DNA of 64,000 bases, taken from the NCBI GenBank assembly GCA_964016885.1, contig OZ024753.1:29450001-29514000 (forward strand), given 5' to 3'. Made by a program: the position numbers and the translations under genes. Below are positions 41,478-55,533 of this stretch, piece after piece; position 1 is the stretch's first letter; each line of letters opens with the position of its first letter. The notes under the pieces were generated by a model, which was not told the origin of the DNA, ran no database searches, and was given only the letters and a program-made list of their open reading frames with translations. The DNA comes from Eledone cirrhosa (Eukaryota).

Positions 41478-42410
41478 GAAAGTAAAAAACAAATATATAT
41501 ATGATAATAACAATATATACAATAAGTAAATATATATATGTGTGTGTATATATATATGTGTGTGTGGGGTGGGGGTGGGGATATTTATTTATATATATAA
41601 TTATTATTATCATCATTTATATTTTGCTTTATGTTCATACGAGTTATCACCAAGTCACAACCAGTGACCTTAAGAGACACCAAGTTCCGCCATCTTCAGA
41701 TAGAAAAGAAAAATATTTTACACTTGTGAGATACTTATATCGACAGAATTTTCCTTTGTTTATTATTATTAGTAGTGGTATTAGCATTAGTATTCGATTA
41801 GATTTTACTTCTCGGGTCGCGTATAATTACATAGATTATACAATATCGATTTTTCTTATCATAATTTGAATGATATGAATTATTATAAGGAGAATTAATC
41901 TGTGTACACTTAACAACACTCATACACACTCAGAGAAAAGCTGTTAAACGAAACCCTATGATACAAAATAAAATGATTGCTATAAATGTTCAGGTTACAT
42001 CAAACCTGGGCAATCTTTTATGAATTATATACCAGAAATATTTTAAATATATACATTTACATTTAATGGTCTGCTTAATTGTTCCTGAAGAACCTTTCAT
42101 TAACATGTTATGATTTGCATAGCTCTGTAATCAGAAATACTAATAAAATAACATATGCATCTGGCTGTTAAATAAAATAATATTCCTATAAAATAAAACA
42201 AATGTTCTGCTTAAATCAGATAGCATAGCATTCAAGCTGTGTTGGGGTTTGAGGCGATGTTTTTACTTAAAAGATTTTAATTAAAATCTCCCCTCTGTAT
42301 GTGTTTGTGTGTATCCATATATATATATACACACACAGTATGGTGTGTGTATATATGAACAGGGAGAGTCATAGTCACTCAGAGTTAAACTTGTGTATTC
42401 AGATAATGTA

Positions 42411-42596
42411 CGAGTGGTTCTGAAAAGTTCCAGGCTTTAAAGGTATCACAAAAGGGTAGAGCTGTTACATTTACAGGGAAGGTAGGAAGGCTGCAATAAT
42501 TGTGTGGATCTGACAGGGGAATATATTGAATAAAATCATAATTAACCGATCCCCCTGTATTTTGCTTTAAAAACCAGGAAGGTTTCAACACCCCGG
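42411..42596. mobile_element. mariner-type MITE
   Basis: TA|cgagtggttctgaaaagttccagg ... ccaggaaggtttcaacaccccgg|TA, imperfect TIRs. Confidence 0.65.
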
Positions 42597-42857
42597 TATA
42601 TTGTAAGTTACCCGCTTTTATTCAATCCATACCCTTGTTCGATTGGTAAGCAACACCATCTATATCAACATTTATATCAGAAAATATCAAGTATAAGATG
42701 TTACTGGCAAGACGTTTACTCAACGCAAACATGGACTGAAATAGTCTGGCTTCATTCAAACAATCAATGTTTGACGTCTCATTTTTCTATCACACGGGAC
42801 ATAAGGTTATTGTCCATAAAAAAATGGGTGGAGGTAATAACTAAGATTATATTCTGA

Positions 42858-43180
42858 GGCGGTGAACTGGCAGAGTCGTTAGAAGGTCGGATAGAATGCT
42901 TTGCAGTATTGTTTCCGGCTCTCTGCTCTCTCAGTTCAAATTCCACCGAGGTCAACTTTGCCTTTCACCTTTCGCGGTCGATAAAAAAAAGTACCAGTCT
43001 AGTTCTGGGGTTGAATCTTCCTCTATCTAGTTTTCTCACCTCCTCTCTTTCATTTTATACCCTTCTCTGTACTCAGACCTGGAGAGGAATGAGTTCCGCC
43101 GGGCTTAAAATGTCCAAGAAACGCTGTATGTCACTGTGGCGCCTCTACGACTCCATCGGAAGTTACAGAACCATACCATG
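42858..43180 (+). mobile_element. tRNA-SINE subfamily B, full length
   Basis: Box A tggcagagtcg, box B agttcaaattc, shared central domain, distinct tail. Confidence 0.85.
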
Positions 43181-43302
43181 CCACCAATGTATTGTCAAAT
43201 TGATAGCAGTTGTTATTGTTGTTACTGATTAACCCCAAGTTGATCCTGATCAAGCAAACCTACTATCACAAGAATTCCAGTTTTAAGTGAATTAACTACA
43301 TC

Positions 43303-43475
43303 GCTAGAGGGTCGGACACCATGTTTTGCAGTAAAGAGTTACGACCCTTTATGGTCTGAGTTCAAATCCCGCCGAGGTTAACTTTGCCTTTCATCCTTAC
43401 GGGGTCGATAAAATAAAGTACCAGTAATACACTGTTATAAATGCTGGCATTGTGCCAAAAGTAGAAACAATTATT
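43303..43475 (+). mobile_element. tRNA-SINE A
   Basis: Family match. Confidence 0.85.
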
Positions 43476-43729
43476 TAATGTGTTTGCTTCAGTGTTAAAA
43501 CCGTTGTGTACAATTTAAAAGATACTTGGCTGCTATTTCTAGTAGCTCAAATGTTCGTGTATGTAGCTTTATAAGGCAAAGAGTGTTTCTACAACCGTCA
43601 CTCTAATAATCTCAACACTACCATAACTACAACATCCACACTATATCCACCACACACACAACTATGGCTATCACCTCTACAAACATAATCACTACTAAAA
43701 CGACTACACCAAAAAAATTTCAAATAATC

Positions 43730-44225
43730 ACCACGACTACCAACACCGCCACCACTACTACCACCAACAACAACACCACTACCACCACCAACAACAACAC
43801 CACTACCACCACCAACAACAACACCACTACCATCGCCACCTCCACCACCACCACCGCCGCCGCCGCCGCTACCACCAACAACACCTCCACTACCACCAAC
43901 ATCACTACCACCACCAACAACAACGACACCAACAACAACAACACCACCACCACCACCACCACTACCACCACTACCTCCACCACCAACAACAACAACACCA
44001 ACACCACCACCACTACCACCACTACCACCACCAACAACACCAACAACACCACCAGCAACACCACCACTACCACCAACATCACTACCACCACTACCACCAA
44101 CAACAACAACAACAACAACACCAACAACAACAACACCTCCACTACCACCACTACCACCACCAACAACACCAACAACACCAACAACACCACCAGCAACACC
44201 ACCACTACCACCAACATCACTACCT

Positions 44226-44256
<31 letters not shown>

Positions 44257-45200
44257 CACCACCACCACCACCACTACCACCACTACCACCACCAACAACA
44301 CCAACAACACCACCAGCAACACCACCACTACCACCAACATCACTACCTCCACCACCAACAACAACAACAACAACAACAACACCAACACCACCACCACTAC
44401 CACCACTACCACCACCAACAACACCAACAACACCACCAGCAACACCACCACTACCACCAACATCACTACCACCACCACCAACAACAACAACAACACCACC
44501 ACCACTACCACCACCAACAACACCAACAACACCACCAGCAACACCACCACTACCACCAACATCACTACCACCACCACCAACAACAACAACAACAACACCA
44601 ACAACAACAACAACACCACCACCACTACCACCACTACCACCACCAACAACACCAACAACACCACCAGCAACACCACCACTACCACCAACACCACTACCAC
44701 CACCAACAACAACAACAACACCAACAACAACAACACCTCCACTACCACCACTACCACCACCAACAACACCAACAACACCAACAACACCACCAGCAACACC
44801 ACCACTACCACCAACATCACTACCACCACCAACAACAACAACAACAACACCAACAACAACAACAACACCACCACCACTACCACCACTACCACCACCAACA
44901 ACACCAACAACACCACCAGCAACACCACCACTACCACCAACATCACTACCACCACTACCACCAACAACAACAACAACACCAACAACAACAACACCTCCAC
45001 TGCCACCACTACCACCACCAACAACACCAACAACACCAACAACACCACCAGCAACACCACCACTACCACCAACATCACTACCACCACTACCACCAACAAC
45101 AACAACAACACCAACAACAACAACACCTCCACTACCACCACTACCACCACCAACAACACCACCATCACTAACACAACCAACCACCACCACCACCACCACC
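43730..45200. repeat. (ACC/AAC/ACT)n triplet array with higher-order units of about 100-130 bp
   Basis: Recurring marker accaccagcaacaccaccactaccaccaacatcact about 10 times. Confidence 0.95.
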
Positions 45201-45567
45201 AGTATTATTACTATCAAATCCAGTCATCGGAATCACTACGGAATTCAATTACCACGACAACTACCATTAAAGCTACCACAACAACCATTATGACAATCAC
45301 CATCACCATCACCATCAACACTATTACCACCCACCGTCGTCCTTATCTTCAGAGATTTTTACTTTTTTCTGACGCAGACGCAGACCAGTAGTAATCTCTT
45401 GAAAAATCTGGTGATTATCCCGCGTTTGTCTCTCTTGCAAACACAATATCTTCATCGATCATTTATAATGTTGCATTAATGTCTCAAGTTGTTGCTGATA
45501 TTCTTGTTCTATCTGATGTTGTTGATGACAATGATGATGATCAGTTTGTTTTTTTTTTTTATTGCAG

Positions 45568-45595
45568 CTGCCATCTAAATGTTTATAAACAATGT
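45568..45595 (+). other. Candidate 28-nt exon
   Basis: (t)12attgcAG|ctgccatctaaATGtttataaacaatgt|GTacgt. Confidence 0.35.
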
Positions 45596-45865
45596 GTACG
45601 TAATAAAAGCCTACATCTTAATATCTGATGTCTGTTGATATTTTATTCGTTTTGTCTTCTGAAAGCAAACATCACTTTAAATATAACCGACATAGTTTAT
45701 ATTCTATTCAAGTTGGCTTTACAAATATTAGAATGAAACGAGGTAACTGATTAAAATAGAATATATAATGAACGAAAGAGTAATAAAATTAATAGATTTA
45801 GGTTGTCTCTTCCCAGATACAACCATACCTAACACACGACTATCCATATCCATACTCCATACAGA

Positions 45866-46180
45866 TAAGAGAAATAAGCAATCAGATACTTAAACACATA
45901 TACACACGTGTATACTTAGAAGAGTTAACGTACATACATATAAGAGAAATAAGCAATCAGAATCTTGAACACATGTACAGACATGAATATACTTAGAAGA
46001 GTTAACGTACATACATATAAGAGAAACAAGCAATCAGAATCTTGAACACATGTACAGTGTACAGACACGAGTATACTTACAGGAATTAACGGATATACAT
46101 ATAAGAGAAACAAGCAATCAGAATCTTGAACACATGTACAGACACGAGTATACTTACAAGAATTAATGGATATACAAATA
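45866..46180. repeat. Four tandem 74-84 bp units
   Basis: ataagagaaa(t/c)aagcaatcaga at 45866, 45940, 46017 and 46101. Confidence 0.9.
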
Positions 46181-46712
46181 TTCAAAAATACAACTTTCTA
46201 CGAATTTTCCTGCATGAAATACAAATACTTCTTTCCTTATGTATTCAATTCTCTATTTTATTTGTAAACGCATACACAATACACAATACACAACATAGAA
46301 AACATACACAACTGGAAGTCTATCTTTGATAAGTCGATTTATTGTTTGTGTTTTATTAAAGGCAGTAATAATGGTTTTTGCTTTAGACACAAGGCCAACT
46401 ATTTGGGGAAGAGAGAAAATAGATTAAATCGACCCCAATGCGTTACTGATACTTTTATTTTATCGACTCTGTAAGGATGAAAGGCAAAACTAACCTCGGC
46501 TAGATTTGAACACAGAACCAAAATTGTTTGCCTTGTGCCTAAATCAGAAACCATCATTGGTGCAGCATCAGGACAGTGTATTGCCAAAATCTTTAGAGAC
46601 TTGGACACAATGCTCTGCGGTAATCAATGGAGTTGGTACTATTTACTAAAGCTATTGAATATATGAACACATTCAAATGACTGTAACCGGTTAAAGAATA
46701 AAAATATATAAT

Positions 46713-46801
46713 TGTTTCTACTTTTGGCACAAGGCCAGCAATTACCCAGTGCATTACTGGTACTTTATTTTATCGACCCCGTAAGGATGAAAGGCAAAGT
46801 C
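46713..46801 (-). mobile_element. 5'-truncated tRNA-SINE A with 19-bp TSD
   Basis: aagaataaaaatatataat at 46694-46712 and 46802-46820. Confidence 0.9.
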
Positions 46802-47025
46802 AAGAATAAAAATATATAATGAAAGATATTTATCACTATTATGAGTAGACTGTTAAAAGCTATATTTTAATACGAATTCCTATCTTTGACCACAAGTAAC
46901 TACAAATTAATTCAACATAATCACAGAATAAATGTCCAGCCACGAAGAATAAATGAATTATCCAAAATGTGTATGTGTGAGAGTGTGTGTGTATGTGTGT
47001 GTGTGTGCGTGCGTGTGTGTGTGTT

Positions 47026-47063
<38 letters not shown>

Positions 47064-47229
47064 TGTGTGTGTATTTATCTGCATGTATGTATGTATTATG
47101 TTTAAGAGAGTGGCACTGGCTTTGTGCAGTGCCTTTGCTCACTATAAAAGCTTCACGGCACAGACATTGCTTTATGTCTGGAGATCTCTCTGCACTTGTC
47201 GTCACATGGTACCATGGGCCCAACACTGT

Positions 47230-47380
47230 GTCAATAATTGTCACAAGTGTAGTGTTTGTACCAGAGTTTTCAAGTCGCTGGCTGGACTAAAAAGTCACAC
47301 TCGTTCAGCGCATCGGTAGGGGTTCTCCTACATGGATTTAAAGTAGTGGCCGTACTCGAAAACGAGTTGGCAGCCACCAT
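47230..47380 (+). mobile_element. LINE (RTE-type) 3' end with C-terminal C2H2 finger and short 3' UTR
   Basis: CSVCTRVFKSLAGLKSHTRSAHR*, then a ctcg-aaaa-cgag stem-loop. Confidence 0.6.
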
Positions 47381-47484
47381 GTATTATGGTAAATATTATG
47401 TAGAATAACTATGCAAGATTTTCTAGATTCCAAAGTTAGCTCCCGTTGAGCAGTGACAGCAATTCGGCTTTGATTCCAAATAAT

Positions 47485-47670
47485 TGTTTCTACTTTTGGC
47501 AAAAGGCCAGAAATTAACCAGTGTATTACTGGTATTTCATTTTATCGACCCCGTAAGGATGAAAGACAAAGTTAACCTCGGCGGGATTTGAACTCAGAAT
47601 GGCAAGGGCCGTAACTCTATGTGTCAAAGCATGGCGTCCGACCCTCTACCGATACTGCCAATCCACCACC
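47485..47670 (-). mobile_element. Full-length tRNA-SINE A with 17-bp TSD
   Basis: ctttgattccaaataat at 47468-47484 and 47671-47687. Confidence 0.95.
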
Positions 47671-47688
47671 CTTTGATTCCAAATAATG

Positions 47689-47750
47689 ATTTCTTTATTT
47701 TTTTTATTTTAATATCGATGGTCCCATATAGGGACCATCGATATTAAAAT
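47689..47750 (-). mobile_element. 62-bp hairpin insertion with A-rich tail and 13-bp TSD
   Basis: 21-bp perfect stem at 47705-47751; attccaaataatg at 47676-47688 and 47751-47763. Confidence 0.75.
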
Positions 47751-48171
47751 ATTCCAAATAATGCCACTGGAACAGACGGGAATGTCATCACCTCTTATTC
47801 ACAGTTTTAAATAGTCTTCGCCTTTTCAATAGTCAAAAATTAATCAATATTCTTTTATATCGGTTACTTGCATAGCCACAAAGCCCAAAGCCTCACATCT
47901 GTGGAATGTCCATATGTTGATGATGGCGTTTATTTCTTCTCTGGTTCTTATATTATCGGTCCGAAATAAGAAGCAAAGCTATACATTGTCAGACAATACG
48001 TTCAAATCTAACTATCATAGTGCAAAAGAGATTAACTGAATACGTGACTTCATTTCGATTCCTGGCTGATTCAATCTCAATGTATTTATAACATTAAAGC
48101 CCCTGAAATTAAAGGACTTATAGCCAAAAAACTGAGATTCAATTTTCTAGGAATTTGGGGTACAATGCTTG

Positions 48172-48339
48172 GGGATCAATTTTCGTTCGTTGTACAGAAA
48201 TATTCGTTTTAATGAATTTCATTATAACGAAATTATTTTATCCTTGTTTTAATAAACTTGTGGCCGGGGATTGAAAAAAATTTCGTTATACTGAAAAATG
48301 TGTTATAATGGTAGTCGTTATAACGGAATTTTACTTGTA
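48172..48339. mobile_element. pogo/Tigger-like MITE right end
   Basis: Repeated cgttata subterminal motifs ending cgttataacggaattttacttgTA. Confidence 0.45.
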
Positions 48340-49163
48340 TAGACATATAACAATTTAGGCACTACCATTTTTTTAAGGGCTGTAATTTCATCAGTTTCAA
48401 TATTATTTATTACTAGCACATATTAAATATCCTTAAAAAGAATCAATCCCAGAATAGTTCCAATGAAAAATGAATAATTTATAAGCTTTAACTTGGGTTT
48501 TTACTAAATCCTCTCTCTATTAATATAACATATTTCCATTGGGGATTTTTCTGGAAGAGAATTATGATTTTTGGAAATTATATTTGTGTAACATTCATTA
48601 TATCGATTCTGTAGTCTTGAAAAGCAAAAAGTTAAAAGCCGACTTCACAATGACTTGAACATAGTAAAAAAGTTCAAATTGGAAATGACATTTTTTCCAG
48701 GACTTTAATGCTATTACGTTTACATAGAATTTCAGTTGTTGAACAGAAAAGAGCTGACAACAAGGAACTAGACACTTGACAGAATTTATTAAGAGATTAA
48801 AAGAAATTTTCGGTAAATAAAAAGATTTATAAATACTTGATTCTAATGTTATTTGTCAATAATGTATTAGCGAAATTCTCTTTGAAAACTAATTTTGGCA
48901 CTGTAAACACATTCTCGATGTGCTTCCGATGATTAATTAGATTAATTATAAATACTGTCTAATATAAACACTAGAGCGAGATTTTTCTCAATCCCCAAAT
49001 GAAAACAATTACCCTCCATCTTGGTGTTTAATTAGTAGCTACAAATTGTTTTGACTGACAAGTTATTTCAGTGATTTCTCTTGCTGATACGTAAATGCTA
49101 TCTGCAAAATGAAACACATTTCTCTTTATCACATCTTATCTTCGTCCAACTTTTTCTCCTTCT

Positions 49164-49269
<106 letters not shown>

Positions 49270-49275
49270 TATATC

Positions 49276-49353
<78 letters not shown>

Positions 49354-49402
49354 TATATATATATATATCATTCTTTCATTTATCTCATCTTTGAGTCCCT
49401 CC

Positions 49403-49448
<46 letters not shown>

Positions 49449-51589
49449 CTCTTTCGTTTATCTCTCATCTTTCTCACTCTCATCGGCACTGTCAATATTT
49501 AACATAGCTATAGCTTTCATATCTATTGTTTCTTCTTTAAAAAGTTACAGGATTTCTGTCTTTAAAAACATTGCACATTTTTCCCACACTACTACGTACG
49601 GTTTATCCAGTTAATCACAGAATACCACAAGCGCATCAACATTGTAAACAGCCTTAGGTTATCTACTTGCTTTAAAAAAATATATTTTAACTGTATATAT
49701 ATAAAGATGATTAATTGTGCTGTTGACTTCCAGCATTCATTCGTTGACCGCGTGTTAGCTCAGTTCCTAAATGAAATGGCATTTATTCATATACATAAAT
49801 TTGTTTTATGGTCATTCAACGTAAGGCATGGTTAGGGCATAACTAGACGTTCTACACATCATTTATGTTGTTGTTTAGCATCAAATACGATTGAATTCAC
49901 CATACCTATGATCAAATACATTACAGCCTTGAGTTCATTTATAATGCTCCGCAATTCATACAAACAGTTTTATATGTATGCATGTACGTATGTATGTATG
50001 TTTGTATAAATGTATGTATGTATGTAAGAGTGTGTCTATGTATGTTTTTATGTATGTATGTACGTATGTATGTATATATGTATGTATGTATGTATATATG
50101 TTTATATAAATGTATGTATATATACTGTATATGTAAGAGTGTGTCTATGTATGTTTGGGAGTGAAAGGACCCCAGTTGTTGTTTCACCTTTCTAGGAGAG
50201 GGAAACTCTGAAAAAAAACCTGCCGCTTCGGAAGCATCCGATGATGTTGGCTAGTTCTCCTTTTCGGGTAGTGTTTTCGATGCTCAGATAGTGGGATTGG
50301 TCGAGTGCAAGGCCTTTCCCCACTTAAAAAAACCTTCAGAGCACAGGCATGGTTTGTTCAGGATATGTTACAGGTTCGTGTGGCTGGCCGTAGCCTACAA
50401 GTGCACCAAACTCTATAATCTGACAAGCGATGGCAGTACTCTTACGTACGTATGTAAACGTGTGTCTATGTATGTATGTAGGTATGTACGTACGTATGTA
50501 TTTATGTATCTATCTATCTATCTATCATATATATATATATGATCTTTTGAAACATCATACAATTCCCATCTTTATTTACTTCATGTCCGTACAAATATTT
50601 TCTAAGCCATTATAATATTATTTTAAATGTTTATTTCCAATATAAAATTGATATCTCGTGGACATTATAAATATCTAAAGGATTTGTATAAATTAAAACT
50701 GACATCGCTTTTCTATAAAATGAAACATATTTTATTTTATTTTTCGATTTCCATTAAAATTATTTGCACACATCGTGGGGGTTAAAAGATTTGTCAGAAA
50801 TCTCTTATTTAAACTATATAATTGGTCTTTTAATTCTTCTGTCTTCAGTGTTCACGTTTATTTCCGATTCAATCTATTTGCATTCCTCTATTTTTTTTTC
50901 ATTTTTTCATTATTTTCAATAAATCTTTTTTTTTATTACCTTTTTGGAGTATTTTTATTTTCATGTTCATTATTCAACATTTTTAGAATCTCATAACATA
51001 TCTTACCTTGTTCTTTGTTTTCTTCATCGTCGACATCATCATCATCATCATCATCATCATCACTATGATGATGCTATTCTCTGTTTTTCTTTCTTCATTG
51101 TCGGCGCTGTCGCTATAGTCGTGAGGTGTCATTTCAAATATTGTGTCTCTGTTAAATGTAAATAGTTCGATTAGAAATGTCAGTTTCGAGTATTTTATTA
51201 AAAAATTCATATAAAATATATCGAAGCTTTAGGAGTAATATCCAATATTCAATATTATCTCAAGTTATTCTTATGAGCTAAGATACATTTCTTTGAATTA
51301 AATGTTTTGAAAGTTGTATTCAGAAATAATATATGTAATTTTTTTCTAAACTGAGTATTGAATCAAAGCACGAGAATAAATAATAGTGAACAAGTAAAAC
51401 GAATTGGTTTCAGATAAAAATCAAAATAGAATTACTATTTCATACGCCAGTATAATTATATTGATTTCACTCAGGAAACTAACTGTAATTGAAGACAAAA
51501 CAAGGAGTATACATTTTAAATAGCACCAATTTAACAGAAAAACAATAGCAGGTTAACTAGGGGGACTTGCACAACGTGTCAATCAATTG

Positions 51590-51968
51590 CTCTTATCTCA
51601 TCTCTCTCATCTGTCCCATAGTCAGGTGGACCTTTCGGGCGCCACAGATAACCTGGCAACCAGTTCCTTCCATTCCTCTCACTTTTCCGCCCTCCTCATG
51701 GTTGCACCCAGCTTCATTCCTGTCTATTCCAGGATGTTGTCCTCCCATCTCTTTCTCTGTCTGTCTCTCTTCTTCCCCCCTTGTACTGTTGCAAGACAAT
51801 CTTAGCAAGCCCTGAAGATCTTGTAACGTGCCTGTACCATCTTAATTTGCGTAGTTTTACAATGGTCAGTAGCTCTTCGTAGGGCCCGATAGCTTGCCAA
51901 GTTCTGTTTCGTACCTCCTCATTGGAGATGTGGCCTCTGTAGGTGATACCAAGGAGCTTTCTGAAGCT
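51590..51968 (-). mobile_element. RTE-BovB-like LINE 3' end
   Basis: FRKLLGITY..ISNEEVR..LLTIVKLRKLRWYRHVTRSSGLAK..QGGRRRDRQRKRWEDNI; (gagat) tail. Confidence 0.85.
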
Positions 51969-52333
51969 TCAATCGCTAATCACCCGTAATTTTGATTATA
52001 CAACAGAAAGGTTGTCTAACAAATGCTTCCAATTAATCCTTATATCATCTGATATTGACTGGATATGAAACTGAATGATTCATCTTCAGAAATATCAGGC
52101 TTGTTTCACACAAACCCCATCAGGGTCTTGGTACTTGCAGGTTCGGCCGTCCTACTAGTGTCCAGAATGTTTTAAATTCTGCTCTTTTTCACACTGATAT
52201 ATTTTAATATCATTTTTATTAAATATTAACAAATAATTTCTCGTTTGTTTATATAATATATGTCATATGGTCTCACTGATAAGATCACTTATTCAGGCAA
52301 AACCTCCCGAGATCTGAAAATTCTATCCTGCCA

Positions 52334-52378
<45 letters not shown>

Positions 52379-52480
52379 TGATCTCTATCTCTCTCTTACT
52401 CTATCTCTATCTATCTATCCATCAATCCATTTATCTATCTATCTATCTCCCACCCACTCACTCACTCACTCACTCACTCA

Positions 52481-52566
<86 letters not shown>

Positions 52567-52845
52567 AAAAGGAAGTAAGATTCTATACAAAACGCAGGTT
52601 ATAGAGAAAAAGTGGAATTGGAAATAGCACGGAAAATATATTCAAGAAGTTCTATAATGTATATAAGATGTATAAAATATAACCGGTTTCGATGTATCGG
52701 TGTAATCCATGTTATCTAACGTTGATTACAATTGAAAAGAATTAAAAATTAAAAATTTTAAATTAAGTGTTGAAGGTCTGTTCTTTCTTGTTGAGAAGAT
52801 GGATACATATATATATATATATACATACATATATATATATATATG

Positions 52846-52914
<69 letters not shown>

Positions 52915-53167
52915 ATCTATCTATCCATCTAGCTATCTGTCTGTCTCTATATGAGTGTGTATGTGTATGTGTACCTAATTTCACCCCATATACTGTGAGT
53001 GTATGGGGTGAAATTAGGTAGACGAAAACTGTAGAGAATCCCAAAGAAGGACCAGGTCTGTCACAATGTTTCACAGTGACACTCTATCAGAATTGCTTTA
53101 AAGCTAATGAGCAGATATTTCATTTGATCAAGTAAATGAATATCTATCGTGAAACCGACGCAGATCC

Positions 53168-53231
<64 letters not shown>

Positions 53232-53234
<3 letters not shown>

Positions 53235-53434
53235 TTTAGCGAGGTTTTTTATATGAAATCGTGTGTCGAAACAGATATTGTTATACTTGGGGAGGGTCAT
53301 ATTTGCAACATTGAGGACCGAGTAAGTTAGATCGCAGATATAAAAGACAGCGAGAAGCGAAAACCAACCAAACAGTGAGTGTGTTCTGTTATTAATTCTG
53401 GCAATATTACGCAAATATGACCCTCCCCAAGTAT

Positions 53435-53442
<8 letters not shown>
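53232..53442. mobile_element. Penelope-like terminal fragment with perfect 32-bp inverted repeat, between (TA)n tracts
   Basis: 53275-53306 is the reverse complement of 53411-53442; homologous to 25411-25500. Confidence 0.7.
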
Positions 53443-53501
<59 letters not shown>

Positions 53502-53528
53502 TATATATATAATTATATATATATATAT

Positions 53529-53628
53529 GGGGTGTCCCCAAAATTATGTATACATACTTTGATTACCTGTACAGGCAATATTCATTAGAATGCTGTTGAA
53601 GTGTGAACACATTTTTTGGGACACCCTG
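53529..53628. mobile_element. Tc1/mariner MITE (family of 3783-3861)
   Basis: ggggtgtccccaaaa ... ttttgggacaccctg|TA. Confidence 0.8.
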
Positions 53629-53825
53629 TATATATATATATATATATATATAAACGCGTTAATAAATATGCATTATTCTGACTTGTAGTATTGAATACCT
53701 ATATTGGATAATCGATATTTGTTTATTGCGTTTATTTGCGATATAATAATAGAATCGATAATGTGGTATTATCGAACATATTCTGCTTAAAATGATATGG
53801 TTTTACTTAGAAATAAGACACACAA

Positions 53826-53919
<94 letters not shown>

Positions 53920-54102
53920 ATATATAATATATCATATATAATATATCATATATATTATATCATATATATTATATCAATATATGATATAAAATATATATAT
54001 ATTTATATATATGATATAAAACATATATATATATATATATGCGCGCGCGCGCGTGTGTGCGTGTGTGCGTGTAGGAGGTGTATGTATGAGTGCGTCTATA
54101 TA

Positions 54103-54270
54103 TACCCGGTGGCAAAAAAATAATTGCGTTCGTTTTTATTTAAAAGTGTGCTGCTCATTGTGGAGTAAACGTTTATTTAACCAAGTTCGTGTAACATACC
54201 ATTTGGAAGAAGAGCAGAATTTAATATATGCAAATGGATGTACTCTCACTCCGTGTTTATTTTAGGCTGA
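54103..54270 (+). mobile_element. mariner-like left end
   Basis: TA cccggtggcaaaaaaataattgcgttcgttttt resembles mariner TIRs. Confidence 0.35.
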
Positions 54271-54751
54271 TGAATTAGATCGAAAACAATTTATATTCTA
54301 ACAATTATATACTTATAGAAGTGAGAAAACTCGTCGCTAGAACATCCGTTAAAACAGCTTGTCCTTCTGTTGACCACAGCAATGATAGATATAGAGATAG
54401 ATAAATACGCCACAAGGGCGTACAAGAAATGGGACATTACAAGACTTGACGGCAGGGGTTTTACATAAAAATCATGTAATTTTAACATTAATAAATAACA
54501 ATAAACTATATATAAAATAAAATAACAATCGAAGTCCCCAATAGGGGAGGAACGTTACTGCGTGGTTGTTTTACACCCCGTAGATAGAACAACCCTCAAC
54601 ACCGGAAACACGTTTTGTAGGTGTTCCCGTCTTCCCTCCTTTTGTCTTCCTCAACCTACAGCTTTATATACAGAGAGGGCCCATTCACTCGGGCCATTTT
54701 CGCCACAAATAGATAGATAGATAGATAGATTTCTTTATTAGCCACAGATAT

Positions 54752-54804
<53 letters not shown>

Positions 54805-55256
54805 ATCAGAGAGAGAGAGATTTAAATAGTTATGCGGGGATGTGAACTTTTCAGAAGTTGTTTTTGTGCGGGTTTTCGTTTGACCATAGTTTTGTCAAAG
54901 TTTATTTATTTAATAGAAAGAATATTTCTTTAATAACCTCAGCGTATTTTGAAAATCTGCCAGAACTCATATTCATAATTAATTGAGATTTATTACAAAG
55001 CAAGGTTGCGAGGCCAGTTGGAATAGCATCAAAATCAAAATAAAAGAATGAATATGAAATGATAATGATTTAAGAAGCATAAAACAAAACATTATTTTGA
55101 CAATGTTTTAATATTTCACAAAATATCAATCAAAGTATATTTCTTTCCTACGTGCAGTAAAGAATTATCTTCCTCATTCCTAATAAATTTTATCCTTCAA
55201 CTAAGTGAATAGTCCTATCAATTTTGCAATGAGGGAAATACATAAATTTGAAGTTG

Positions 55257-55533
55257 GTAGTATGGTGCCGTAACTCCTAATAGAGTCGTAGGGGAGTCGT
55301 ACTGGCATACGGTGTTTCTTGGACATTTTAAGCCTAGCGGAGCCCATCCCTCTCCAGACCTGAGTACTACAGCAGAGAGAGGAGGAATCGACCCCAGTAC
55401 AAGACTTGTATTTTTTTTTTATTGACCTCGAAAGGATGAAAGGCAAAGCTGACCTCAGTGGAATTTGAACTCTGAGAGTAGAGAGTCAGAACAAATACCA
55501 TGAAGCATTCTACCCGTCGTTCTAATGCTGCCT
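55257..55533 (-). mobile_element. tRNA-SINE subfamily B
   Basis: Reverse complement matches 32867-33118 and 42858-43180. Confidence 0.8.

Noticed and set aside
47230-47319. C2H2 zinc-finger gene
   Set aside because: Single finger without a TGEKP linker, followed by a LINE-like 3' UTR; better explained as a LINE ORF2 end
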